Of a stretch of DNA of 64,000 nt, positions 46,922-56,336 are shown piece by piece. The stretch comes from an uncultured delta proteobacterium (GTDB lineage: Bacteria > Desulfobacterota > Binatia > Binatales > Binataceae): the NCBI GenBank assembly GCA_963747845.1, contig CAVVGR010000007.1, positions 194,025-258,024 of the forward strand. Reading direction: 5' to 3'. Position 1 is the stretch's first letter; every line of letters starts with the position of its first letter. The notes under the pieces were generated by a model. That model was not told the origin of the DNA. It did not search any database and was given only the letters and a program-made list of their open reading frames with translations. A program made the position numbers and the translations under genes.

Positions 46922-47449
46922 ACGAATACGGCGTTGTCACGGAACCCCGGACTGTATACTTCGAACGCCTGTTGCCGGGTCCTATCGAGCGCGTGTGGGC
47001 GTACATCACCGAGTCGGAGAAGCGTGGAAAGTGGCTGGCGACAGGCGAAATGGAGCTCCGCGTGGGCGGCCGCGTCGATCTGAAATTTCAACAACGAAGA
47101 TCTGTCCCCAAAATTCGAGCCGACGCCCGAGCGCTTCAAGCAGCGCAAGGGTGCGCAGATGGTCGGACGCGTCACGCGATGCGAGCCGCCGCGCCTGCTG
47201 AGCTGGATCTGGGATGTCTCGAGCGGATCCGAGGTCACTTTCGAGCTGACGCCGCGCGGCGCCGACGTGATGCTCGCTCTGACGCATCGCGGGCTCCGCG
47301 ATCGGAACGCGATGCTGAGTGTCGGCCCGGGATGGCATGCGCATCTTGGTGTGCTGATCGACAATCTGAACGGCCGCGAGCCAGAGCCGTTCTGGTCGAC
47401 GTTCGTTCCGCTCGAGGCAGAATACGCGAAGCGGATTCCGCCGGACTGA
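46918..47449 (+). CDS. SRPBCC/Aha1-domain protein, one apparent frameshift
   Basis: ORF 46918-47478 N-terminal part (RTVYFERLLPGPIERVWAYITESEKRGKWLATGEMELRVGGRVDLKF) joins ORF 47159-47449 (extendable to NNEDLSPKFEPTPE...GRVTRCEPPRLLSWIW) if one T is removed from the ttt run at about 47088. Confidence 0.75.
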
Positions 47450-47474
47450 CGAGAGTTCGCGACGGGGCGAGAAT

Positions 47475-48367
47475 CTAGGTCGCGAAGAATGCGAGCAGTT
47501 CTTCGGTGAGCGCGTCCGGGGCTTCCTCGGGGATGAAGTGGCCGCATTCGAGGCCTTTGCCGCGAATGTCGGTCGCCCAGTTCTTCCAGACTTCCAGGAT
47601 TGCCGCGCCGCGATTCGGCCGGCGCAGCGCGCCCCACAACGCGAGCATCGGCAGCGCGATCTTCCGTCCCGCGGCGCGATCGGCCTCGTCGAACTTGCAA
47701 TCGCAGGTGATACCGGCGCGGTAGTCTTCGCAGGTCGCGTGAATCACTTCGGGATTGCGGAACGCCTCGTGATACGCGGCAAGAGCCTCGGGAGTGAACG
47801 CGCCCGAGTTGCCGCTCCAGCTTCCGAGCTCATGCTCGAGAAAGTAGTCGGGGTCCTTGCCGATGAGGGTTTCGGGAAATGGCGCCGGCTGCGTCAGAAA
47901 ATACCAATGATAGATCGTGCGCGACGCCGAAACGATCGACGCGTTCGAACTGCTCGATCGTCGGGATGATATCGAGCACCGCCGCGCGCCGCACGCGGTC
48001 GGGATGATCGAGCGCGAGCCGATAAGTGACGCGTGCGCCGCGATCATGGCCGGCGACATCGAAGCGATCGAAGCCGAGCGCGCGCATCAGCTCGACCATA
48101 TCCAGCGCCATCGCGCGCTTGGAGTAGGGCAGATGCTCCTTGTCAGTGGCGGGCTTGCTGCTGGCGCCGTAACCGCGGAGGTCGGGGATGACGAGTGTGA
48201 AGCGTTCAGCGAGACGCGGCGCAACTTTGTGCCAGATGACGTGAGTCTGCGGATAGCCGTGAATCAGCAGCAATGGAGGTCCGCTGCCGCCTTGGACCAC
48301 CGCGATCTCGGCGCCCGAGGTGGCGATGCGTTTCGATGTGAAAGCCGTCGAACATGGTGAAATTCAT
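47475..48367 (-). CDS. alpha/beta hydrolase (haloacetate dehalogenase / epoxide hydrolase-like), two apparent frameshifts
   Basis: MNFTMFDGFHIET (48367) ... GGSGPPLLLIHGYPQTHVIWHKVAPRLAERFTLVIPDLRGYGAS...FDVAGHDRGARVTYRLALDHPDRV (ORF 47830-48300) ... YHWYFLTQPAPFPETLIG...ECGHFIPEEAP (ORF 47475-48059). Confidence 0.8.
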
Positions 48368-48407
48368 TTGAGCGATCCAGGCGGCGTGTCTCAAGGGCGG
48401 CGGTCTA

Positions 48408-48485
48408 CCTCGCCCGTTATTTTACGGGAGAGGCGGCCGGACGCAGCCGGCAGGTGAGGGTGCTGCGAATCGAGCAGGGACTCTG
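48408..48485 (+). repeat. REP-like element family C, inverted copy with an 18-nt hairpin insertion
   Basis: cctcgcccgttattttacgggagagg-cggccggacgcagccggc-aggtgagggtgctgcgaatcgagcagggactctg is the reverse complement of the 7096-7159 element apart from the insertion. Confidence 0.85.
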
Positions 48486-48499
48486 GTGCTGGGGCCCGG

Positions 48500-48542
48500 A
48501 ACCCTCACCTAACCTCTCCCGTGAAATAACGGGCGAGGGATC
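48500..48542 (-). repeat. REP-like element family C, partial copy
   Basis: aaccctcacctaacctctcccgtgaaataacgggcgagggatc differs from 7117-7159 at one position. Confidence 0.85.
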
Positions 48543-48572
48543 GGAAAAGAACGGGCGACGGGAATCAGAGAC

Positions 48573-49073
48573 TTAGCCGCGGACGCGCTCTCTCGCGAAG
48601 ATTGCTCGCTCTTCTGCTGTCATCTTTTCGCGGATGCGCGAGCCTTTGCCGAGGTGCCGATATTCTCCCCCTTCGGAGAAGTACTCCTCGTAGGGTTGCG
48701 CTGGGATTGGCTCTGGGGGCGGCGTGTCGGTGATTTTCACATCCAGCACCTGCTCGACCAGGTTGCTGTCGTACATCCTGACTGCGTCGTAGTCCGTCAG
48801 CAGCGCGCATACTTCGACGCAGATGTAGCACCCGATGCATTCCTGGAAGCGGTCCTGCACCGGCTGCACCCCGCGGCCCGGCACCGACCCCGGCGACAGG
48901 TACTCGATGCATTGCACCGGGCAGAACTCCGGGCATTTGCCGCATGGGAAGCACAGGTTCACGTCCATGAACGCGACCTCGCGCGGGCGCTTCTTCTTTT
49001 GGCCGACTTCTTCGGGCGTCTCGGGGATACGGTCTTCCTTGAGACGGCGCTTGATGATCTCGATTGCGCTCAT
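48573..49073 (-). CDS. 4Fe-4S dicluster ferredoxin-domain protein
   Basis: CFPCGKCPEFCP and CIGCYICVEVCA (two CxxCxxCxxxC motifs), flanked by a basic N-terminal and a charged C-terminal extension. Confidence 0.8.
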   Translation of the reverse strand: MSAIEIIKRRLKEDRIPETPEEVGQKKKRPREVAFMDVNLCFPCGKCPEFCPVQCIEYLSPGSVPGRGVQPVQDRFQECIGCYICVEVCALLTDYDAVRMYDSNLVEQVLDVKITDTPPPEPIPAQPYEEYFSEGGEYRHLGKGSRIREKMTAEERAIFARERVRG

Positions 49074-49133
49074 GCTTCTATTGTCACGCCAACTGACGGC
49101 GTCCGGTCAAGCGCCCGACAGGATTTCTGTCAG

Positions 49134-50403
49134 CTAGGGCTGATCGCCGGAGGGTCCGGGCGAAGTTGGCAGTATTCCGTTGATCAGTTGCAGGATCTGC
49201 GAAGCTATCCTTGCGACGTCGACGAGCGGCTTCTGTCCAGGGTCATTGGCTGCGTTAGCCAGGACGAAAACGCCGGTGCTAGTCGACGGCGCAAAATCTA
49301 TCTGCGTGGTGAAGCCGGGGACCGAGCCGTTTTTAGAAATGAACGTGAGGTTATTCGAGCCGCGCAGTGTTCCGATAAACCATCCAAGCCCGATGTGCTC
49401 GCCCGCTCCGGTCGTTACGTCGGTGGACGGTGAATGCAGCACCGTCAGCAGCGCGTTGAGCGGCGTATCGAGCAATCCCAGTTGGTATTCCAGGTAAAGC
49501 AGCATGTCGGCCGGCGTCGATACGATTCCGCCCGCGCCGATGAACGCCGGCCATGAAGTGTTGTAGCCCAGGGCGACGTCGATTTTGCCCGATGCCTCGC
49601 GCCGATAGGCCTTGGGCAGCAGCGGCGGGTCGCTGACGGGATTGAAGGCGTGAGTTGAATTCATCCCGAGTGGAGTGAGCACGATCGTCCCGACCAGCTC
49701 TTCCCACTGCGCCAGCAGCGTCAGCGGGTCGGTGGCCATTGAGCCGTTGAGGACCGGCTCGGCCAGCGCCAGCAACGCGAACCCGAGGTCGGAGTAAAGA
49801 TAGGAGGTGCCGGGCGCGAACTGCAGCGTGGTGAAAGTCGGGTCTGCAAGCTGCTCGAACAGCAGAGTGAAATCATAACAGTCATCGATCGTGCCGCCGC
49901 TGAAGGTGCATGACGCGCTGCCGTTGCCGCGATTGCTGTCAGGCAGTCCCGAGGTGTAGTTGGCGAGGTCGCCGATAGTGGCGGCTTCCATGCCCATGCC
50001 GAACGTCGGCGTACCGTAGAAAAAATACTGTTGATAGAAGTGTCGAGCAGCCCCGGCTGGCTTTGGAGGAGCGACGCCAACACCGTGGCTGTAAAAGTCT
50101 TGGTCACTGAACCGATTTCGAATTCCGTATTTTCGTTCAACGCCAGGCGGTTGCCGTTCTGATCGATCAACCTGCCGAAGAGAAAGATGTGGTTGGTAAC
50201 TCGCCGAAGCCCTTGGCTCCGGGTCCCACCACGCCAATTGCGACCCCGATTTTCAGCCTCTGATGCTTGTCCAGCTGGGGGCGAACGATTTGCGAGATTA
50301 AATACTGGAGCGAATTGGTCGTCGTGCTCGACGAACTGCTGCCACCGCCGCAGCCCGCAATCAATCCCAGCATCAATATCAGCAGCGCGAGTCTCTTCAT
50401 CAT
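49134..50403 (-). CDS. serine hydrolase (beta-lactamase / PBP4*-like) lipoprotein, two apparent frameshifts
   Basis: Lipobox MMKRLALLILMLGLIAGC (ORF 50167-50403), SxxK nucleophile EIGSVTKTFTATVLASL (frame of ORF 49721-50419), and YLYSDLGFALLA plus the remainder in ORF 49134-50237. Confidence 0.75.
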
Positions 50404-50524
50404 CGGCTCCCCGCTTCACGTCGCAAAAAGAATGCGCGGGCTAACGTATATGAGAGCGCCAGTCACGATCAAATGAAGGGCGGATCAGGCGTTGATGAAG
50501 GAGCTGACGGAGCGCCAATCAGCC

Positions 50525-52113
50525 TTATCTGACGGCGAAGATGCGACCGGTCGAGGTCCCGACGTACAGCGTCCCCGAGGCTGACGTTGCCGCCGTCGTG
50601 ATCTTGCCGAAGCTGCGCGACGTCCAGGCGTAACTGCCGTCGCCATGATCACCGCGCCTACATCGCCGGTCGCCGCGTCGAATACGCTGTCGTAGCCGAG
50701 CGCGAAGATTCCGGCGTCGCCCGGCTTCAGCGTCGAATCTTTCCAGCGCAGCTGGCCGTCGGCCGAGACGCCGTAAACCGCGTCGGAGCCGGCGAAGATC
50801 GTTCCCGACGGCGCCACCGCCGGGCCGGTCGTAATCGCCGTGCGCCGGGTTGCCATGCCACAGCACGTTGCCGCTGCGCACATCGATCGCATACACGCCG
50901 CCGCTGGCCGAGCCCGCGTAAACGACGTCGTCGGCGTACGCTACCGATCCCGAAAATCCGCCGTCGGGCTCGATGCGTCCAGACCACGGCGCCGTCCGAT
51001 CCGATCGCAGTGACCGCGCCGCCCGCCGTCCCCACGACGATTCCGTCCGGCGTCGTCGCCGCCGAGGCGACGGATCCGACGCCTACCCGCCAGTTGAGCG
51101 TCCCGGCGGTGCTGACGGACACGAGGTCGCCGCCGGCCGATGCGTAAATCGCCTGATCGCTGGCGGCCAGCGGTCCCGCGCTCGCGCCGATTTCAAGATT
51201 CCACTGGAGCGCGCCGTCGGGCGTGAGTCGCCATCAGCTCCGACTTCGACGACATCGCAACCACGGTTCCGTCGGGCAGGACCACCGGCGACGAGCCGTC
51301 CGCTTGCTGCCGCATGATTTCCTTGCCCTCGGAATTCAGCCCATGCAGCACGCCGTCGCGCGTGATGAAGTAGATCGAGCCGTCAGCGCCGGTCGCGATT
51401 CGCCCGCTCAACTCGGCGCCGGAATTGAAGGTCCACAGCAGAACTCCGGCACTGCGCGCCGCCGGCTCAGGCGTGCTCGCCGCCGCCGGCTGGTCGCCAG
51501 CCTTCGGCGTCGCCGTGGCAGTAGCCACTGGAGTCGGGCATTCCGGGCACGAGTCGAAGGGGACTCCGACGCCGACAACGACGTACTGGCTGCTCACGCC
51601 GGAGCTGCTCGCGAGAATACAGACGCATCCCGCGACTCCGGTCGTGTAGTTGCCGCCGTTATCGCCGGGCTCGGGCGCCTGCAGAATCGTGTTGTCGCTC
51701 GAGGTCCACAATGTCTGCGACGACGTGGTCAGGTCCCTCCACTTGATCCGGTTAAACAGTTGGAGCGTTCCGATCACGTTGAACTGCACCGGAGTCGGAG
51801 CTCCGGTCGGCGCGGTGGTCGGCACATAAGTGGGGCTCGCCGAGGGCCGCGGGGTCAAGGTCGGCGACTTCGTCGGGGTCGGCTTGGTAGTAGGCTTCGG
51901 TTTCGCGGAGGAGGTCGGAGTCGACGAGGGGGTGAAGGTCGGCGTCGGCGGCGGGCCGTTCGCAATCACCAGCTGACTAAGCGAAAAGCCGGGAGCGGGG
52001 GTCGAGGTGCTGGTACTGCTGGTGCTGCCGGTGCAACTGAGCATGATTGCTCCGAAGACGAACAACAGAACCGGCGCAATCACCAGCCATCTGAGCCACC
52101 GCGACAACATCAA
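50525..52113 (-). CDS. exported protein with Pro/Thr-rich linker, Big_2-like Ig domain and PQQ-like beta-propeller repeats; at least four apparent frameshifts
   Basis: ORF 51193-52113 (TM/signal LRWLVIAPVLLFVFGAIML, P/T linker, QTLWTSSDNTILQAPEPG...ILASSSGVSSQYVVVGV, then SIYFITRDGVLHGLNSEGK). Continuations are in ORFs 50727-51122, 50525-50896 and 50485-50892 (GGVYAIDVRSGNVLW, DAVYGVSADGQLRW, GTLYVGTSTGRIFAVR). Confidence 0.65.
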
Positions 52114-52214
52114 GCCATGAGCTATGACTGATGCCGGCGCGCGCTGTCAAGATTGCACATTTGCTCGCGCGGAAATTTGCGGCTTGATCTCGGGCAGCGT
52201 GAATGCATCGCACC

Positions 52215-52263
52215 AAAAAAATGGCGGGCATGTGAAGAGGGGGGGGACTCTCCAATGCCCGCC
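52215..52263 (-). terminator. rho-independent terminator (9-bp GC stem extended by GGAGAG/CUCUUC, C8 loop, U7 tail)
   Basis: Plus strand: aaaaaaa-t-ggcgggcat...gggggggg...atgcccgcc. A 7-nt A/T run is rare in this sequence, and no minus-strand CDS lies upstream of it. Confidence 0.6.
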
Positions 52264-52378
52264 TGTTCGTAGCGGCCGTCCGCGTACGCTGCGGACGGAA
52301 TCCGGTTGGTCGGGAGGAATCAAACCAACCGGAGGGTGCCAGAGCCGTTTGCACCCACAATTATTGAGACGATTCATT
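52215..52378 (-). ncRNA. candidate ~160-nt small RNA: four stem-loops, two C-rich / anti-Shine-Dalgarno loops, intrinsic terminator
   Basis: The minus-strand RNA reads GGGUGC-11nt-GCACCC, CCGGUUGGU-UUGAUUCCUCCCG-ACCAACCGG, CCGUCCGC-AGCGUAC-GCGGACGG, then GGCGGGCAU...UCCCCCCCC...AUGCCCGCC followed by AUUUUUUU. It lies in a 350-bp divergent intergenic region. The 5' end is estimated from a weak TTGAAA / AATAAT promoter at 52415-52385. Confidence 0.4.
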
Positions 52379-52463
52379 TTCATGATTATTCAAAGTCGAG
52401 AAATTTTGATTTCAACCAACCGCCGCTCGGACTAGAATCGCTCACGGAGGATACGAAAAGACT

Positions 52464-53477
52464 ATGGAATATCGGCGATTAGGCGGCACCGGGCTCAAAG
52501 TTTCGGAGCTTTGCCTCGGCTGCATGACGTTTGGACGCGAAACTGATGAGAAAACTGCGGGAAAAATCCTCGACCGCTTCATCGAAGTTGGCGGCAATTT
52601 CCTCGATACCGCCAACGTCTATGCGGCGGGCGCGTCGGAAGAAATTCTCGGCCGAATTGTTGGCGAGCGGCGAAAAGATCTAATTGTCGCGACCAAAGTT
52701 CGCTTCAATGCGAATATTTTCCTCGGCAAGACGGTCAAGCCGAATCAGATCGGCCTCTCGCGCGGGCATATCATGTCGGAAGTCGAGGCCAGTCTGCAGC
52801 GGCTCAAAACCGACTATATCGATCTCTACCAGGTGCATTCGTGGGACTTCGAGACGCCGATTGAAGAGACGATGCGTGCGCTCGACGACCTCGTGCGTCA
52901 CGGCAAGGTCAGATATATCGGCGCGTCAAATTTTACCGCGTGGCAGCTGACGAAAAGTCTGTGGGTGAGCGATAAGCATGACTTCGCGCGTTTTGACTGC
53001 TTGCAGCCGCAATACAGCCTGATTTCGCGCGACATCGAGCGCGAGATTCTGCCGCTGTGCCGTTATGAAAGCGTCGGCGTCATTCCATGGAGTCCGCTCG
53101 GCGGTGGATTCCTGACCGGCAAGTACCGTTCGGGTCAGCGACCGCCCGAAGACAGTCGCCTCGCAGACCCCAAGCGGGATTTGTGGAACCGGCTCGCCGA
53201 CCAGCGCAACTACTCGACGCTCGAAGCGGTCGAGCAGGTCGCGAAAGAGCGCGGTCGTCCAATCTCGCAGGTAGCGCTGGCATGGGTGAATCAGCAGCCC
53301 GGCGTCAGCTCGGTAATTTACGGCGCGCGCACCGAAGAGCAGAACGAGCAGAATCTCGGCGCGATCGGATTTCACCTCGAAGCAGCCGAGCTGGAAGCGC
53401 TGAACAAGGCAAGCGCATTGCCCGCCGAGTATCCCAGCTCGATGCAGGCGCGCCTGCCGGGCTACCCGCGCCAGTAA
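52464..53477 (+). CDS. aldo/keto reductase
   Basis: Intact 337 aa with MEYRRLGGTGLKVSELCLGCMTFG, FLDTANVYAAGASEEILG and IDLYQVHSWD. Confidence 0.9.
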   Translation: MEYRRLGGTGLKVSELCLGCMTFGRETDEKTAGKILDRFIEVGGNFLDTANVYAAGASEEILGRIVGERRKDLIVATKVRFNANIFLGKTVKPNQIGLSRGHIMSEVEASLQRLKTDYIDLYQVHSWDFETPIEETMRALDDLVRHGKVRYIGASNFTAWQLTKSLWVSDKHDFARFDCLQPQYSLISRDIEREILPLCRYESVGVIPWSPLGGGFLTGKYRSGQRPPEDSRLADPKRDLWNRLADQRNYSTLEAVEQVAKERGRPISQVALAWVNQQPGVSSVIYGARTEEQNEQNLGAIGFHLEAAELEALNKASALPAEYPSSMQARLPGYPRQ

Positions 53478-53550
53478 GGCTCAAGAAATACTCTCTCGAC
53501 GAGGCGCGTCCACGGGTGAGGGCGCTGGTATCACTGAATGCCGGCCCTCT

Positions 53551-53655
53551 CTCCTCTCCCTTAAGAAGCCTTCACCCTGGTCAGTTCTCTCTCCTCTCCC
53601 TTACTCAAGAAGGGGGTCCTTATGCAGACGCGCTACTGCGCGCGATTCGATACTG
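53551..53655 (+). repeat. REP/terminator-like element family B, degenerate copy 3 (after the aldo/keto reductase stop)
   Basis: ctcctctcccttaa occurs twice 40 nt apart, followed by gggtccttatgcagacgcgctactgcgcgcgattcgatac, which resembles the 3' half of copies 1 and 2. Confidence 0.6.
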
Positions 53656-53694
53656 CGCCTGCTCCGAAGCCGCGCCCTCACCAACCGTCACTTC

Positions 53695-54525
53695 TCAAAC
53701 GACGGGCCCATGTAGCCCGGCGTGATCGTGCTGCGGAGTCGCAGCTGTATTCGGCGAGTACTGCGCGCCGATCGTCATCCCGCCATCGACCACCATGGCC
53801 TGCCCGGTAACGAATTCCGAATCGTCGCTGGCCAGATACAGTGCCATGCCGGCGATGTCGTCGGGATGGCCGGCGCGTGGAATCGGCTGCGACTTCGCCA
53901 GCCATTGTTCCATCGCCTCTTTCACGCCGGGTTGATTACGATGCAGTATCGGCGTGTTGATGCCACCGGGGCAGATACAGTTGACGCGGATTTTGTCCTT
54001 GCCGAACTCCAGCGCCGCCGACCGCGTCAGGTTCACCACGCCCGCTTTCGCCGCGCAGTAGGCATGCAGTCCGTTGAAGCCGCGGATGCCCGCGATCGAC
54101 GCCGTCGAGATTATCGAGCCGCCGCCCACTTTGCGCATCTCGGGGACGGCATGCTTCATCCCAAGGAATACGCCGCGCAGCAACACCGCCTGGCTACGGT
54201 CCCAGTCTTCGACTGAAATATTCTCGAGCGGCCCGATCGCACCGCCGATGCCGGCGTTGTTGTAGATGATGTCGAGCCGGCCGAACTCCTTGATCGCGCG
54301 TGCGACCAGCGCCTTGATTTCAGCTTCGGCGGAGACGTCGGTCTTCTGGAACACCGCTCGCCCGGCGTTCTCCTTGCAGTCGCGGACCGCGGCTTCGCCG
54401 CCTTCGACGTTAAGGTCCGCGATGACGACGGCCGCGCCTTCGCCTGCAAATTTGATCGCAGTCGCGCGCCCCATGCCGCTCGCCGCGCCGGTGATCACTG
54501 CCACTTTGCCCTTGAGCCTGTCCAT
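53695..54525 (-). CDS. short-chain dehydrogenase/reductase (SDR) family oxidoreductase
   Basis: VAVITGAASGMGRA (TGxxxGxG), NNAGIGG and catalytic YCAAK. It is a paralogue of 57280-58104. Confidence 0.9.
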   Translation of the reverse strand: MDRLKGKVAVITGAASGMGRATAIKFAGEGAAVVIADLNVEGGEAAVRDCKENAGRAVFQKTDVSAEAEIKALVARAIKEFGRLDIIYNNAGIGGAIGPLENISVEDWDRSQAVLLRGVFLGMKHAVPEMRKVGGGSIISTASIAGIRGFNGLHAYCAAKAGVVNLTRSAALEFGKDKIRVNCICPGGINTPILHRNQPGVKEAMEQWLAKSQPIPRAGHPDDIAGMALYLASDDSEFVTGQAMVVDGGMTIGAQYSPNTAATPQHDHAGLHGPVV

Positions 54526-54636
54526 TTCAGATTCCCTCTCGCTTAAAAGTTTTCAATGCCACGCGACCCGCGTGTTCCCTAATCGACGTAAGTAGCAGAC
54601 CGCGTCCCGGAGCGGGTAACGCCCGCGGTCTGCACC

Positions 54637-54663
54637 GAAACTTTTCGCGCTCTCGCCCGTCTA
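54637..54663 (+). promoter_or_regulatory. ECF-sigma-type promoter (GAAAC-N16-CGTCTA) upstream of the cpxP-like/sigma/anti-sigma operon
   Basis: gaaac (54637-54641), a 16-nt spacer, then cgtcta (54658-54663), about 40 nt upstream of the first plausible ATG. It is preceded by a 10-bp hairpin gcagaccgcg/cgcggtctgc (54595-54633). Confidence 0.45.
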
Positions 54664-54704
54664 GCGTGCAAGAAGATGCGGCAAAAACCGGCGAGGATAT
54701 GACC

Positions 54705-55241
54705 ATGTGGAAATCCAGCTTCTCGATTCTGATTGCGGCGGCGATTGTGGGCAGTTGCATGAGCGCGGGCGTCGCGCGCGCGCAGGGTATGATGGGTCCG
54801 CCTCCCGGAGGTCCGCTGGGCGGACCTCCGCCTGGTGGGATGATGGGCGGGCCGCCGTCCGTTCCGCCTCCCCTGATGATGGCGCTGCGCGCAGCGGCCC
54901 TGACTCCCGCGCAGCAGAAGCAAATCCACGACATCATGGAGGCGAGCAGAGCGAGCAGCGCGCCGCAGATGGAGCAGATGCACTCGATTCGCGACCAGAT
55001 AGCAGACAAGCTGCTCTCATCGGGCAGCGTGAGCGCCTCGGACCTCGCGCCTTTGCTGGCGCAGCAGACGGCGCTCCAGCAGCAACTCGACAATCAGATG
55101 GTATCGACGGCGATTCAGATTCGTGGCGTGCTGACTCCCGATCAGTTGGCCAAGGTGGCGGCGGTGCACGAGAAGCTCAAGCAAATTCGTACGCAAATCG
55201 ACTCCATCCTCGGACCACCGGATGCGCCGCCGCTCCCTTAA
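54705..55241 (+). CDS. periplasmic Spy/CpxP-family (LTxxQ motif) protein
   Basis: Signal peptide MWKSSFSILIAAAIVGSCMSAGVARA, a Gly/Pro/Met-rich repeat GMMGPPPGGPLGGPPPGGMMGGPP, and two LTxxQ motifs (LTPAQQKQI, LTPDQLAKV). The ORF opens at 54666. Confidence 0.7.
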   Translation: MWKSSFSILIAAAIVGSCMSAGVARAQGMMGPPPGGPLGGPPPGGMMGGPPSVPPPLMMALRAAALTPAQQKQIHDIMEASRASSAPQMEQMHSIRDQIADKLLSSGSVSASDLAPLLAQQTALQQQLDNQMVSTAIQIRGVLTPDQLAKVAAVHEKLKQIRTQIDSILGPPDAPPLP

Positions 55242-55248
55242 CCTTGCG

Positions 55249-55800
55249 ATGCGTCGCGAGCCCGCGCCGGACCTCACCGCCACGGTCGAGAAGGCGCGCG
55301 CCGGAGACCAGGCGGCCATGCGCGCGCTGATCGAACTTTACCAGGGCCGCGTCGGCCGCTTCGTGCGCTCGATGCTTGGCGATGACAGCGAATGGGAAGA
55401 CGTGGTGCAGGCGACCTTCGTGAAGATGATGCTGGCGATCGATCGACTGCAGGGCGTCGATATTTTCGAGTCGTGGCTGTTCAAAATCGCGCGCAATGCC
55501 AGCCTCGATCATCTGCGGCGCCGGCGATGGCGCCGGCTGTTCACGCCTTGGCAACCGTGGCATGGCGAAGTCGCGGCCAACGCGCACGACTACGAAGACA
55601 GCCGCCTTGCTCAAGTCGAAAGCGCGCTGACCCAGCTGCCGGTCGATCAGCGCGAAATCATTCTGTTGATGCGCGAAAACGATTGGAGCTACGGCGACCT
55701 GGCGCGTATCACTGGCGCGACTCCGGCCGCCGTCAAGTCGCGGCTGTTCCGCGCCCGCAGCCGCCTGCGCGCGCTCATGCGCAATGGAGACGAACTATGA
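55249..55800 (+). CDS. ECF-subfamily RNA polymerase sigma-70 factor
   Basis: Region 2 DVVQATFVKMMLAIDRLQGVDIFESWLFKIARNASLDHLRRR and region 4 LPVDQREIILLMRENDWSYGDLARITGATPAAVKSRLFRARSRL. The ORF opens at 55222. Confidence 0.88.
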   Translation: MRREPAPDLTATVEKARAGDQAAMRALIELYQGRVGRFVRSMLGDDSEWEDVVQATFVKMMLAIDRLQGVDIFESWLFKIARNASLDHLRRRRWRRLFTPWQPWHGEVAANAHDYEDSRLAQVESALTQLPVDQREIILLMRENDWSYGDLARITGATPAAVKSRLFRARSRLRALMRNGDEL

Positions 55801-56204
55801 AGGATGAAGGATTTCCCTGGACGCAATTCGGACCGGGCCCGGAGCCGCGCCTGCCGGCGGATTTCGCATCGCGCGTGATCGCACAGGCGCAAACGACCCG
55901 TGCACGCGGACGTCGCGTAAAGATAGAGCTCGGCGCGGCGGCAGGACTCGCCGCAATGATCGCGATCTTCCTCTCGACGCGCTCGACGATGCCGACTCAG
56001 CAGCAGGCCTCGCAAGTCGCCGCAACCAGCTCGACCACCGACCTCGACACCGTCACCTTGAACACCGAATCGAACGATGTCGCCACGACGCTGATGCCCA
56101 ACGCTCGGCAGGTCGAGAACTTCGACTCGTACTACGGAGCCGGCAGCTGGGACACCTACGTCAGCTGGGATTCCGATTCCTACGAAGCCTCGCGAATCCG
56201 TTGA
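55797..56204 (+). CDS. putative single-pass anti-sigma factor
   Basis: The ATG overlaps the sigma gene stop (ATGA). It has a short cytoplasmic N-terminus, TM LGAAAGLAAMIAIFL and a Ser/Thr/Asp-rich periplasmic tail (3' part of ORF 55392-56204). Confidence 0.55.
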   Translation: MKDEGFPWTQFGPGPEPRLPADFASRVIAQAQTTRARGRRVKIELGAAAGLAAMIAIFLSTRSTMPTQQQASQVAATSSTTDLDTVTLNTESNDVATTLMPNARQVENFDSYYGAGSWDTYVSWDSDSYEASRIR

Positions 56205-56336
56205 TCACCTCGATTGGACAGTTTCGGCTTTCGCAGGCACGATTCGAGAGCAGCTGCCTTGTCAGCCTGGATATTGCCCGCCATTGTAGCAGGCGAGGGG
56301 CACGGAAAAGATATTGCTTTGGAAGGCGCACCGGAT

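Noticed and set aside
52147-52383. 78-aa ORF (MKMNRLNNCGCKRLW...) in the intergenic region.
   Set aside because: It reads straight through four strong hairpins and an intrinsic terminator. An RNA-level function is the more economical explanation, though a very short leader peptide cannot be excluded.
7096-53655. CRISPR array interpretation of the recurring short repeats.
   Set aside because: The copies are tens of kilobases apart or inverted within one spacer. They are not regularly spaced, and no cas genes are present.
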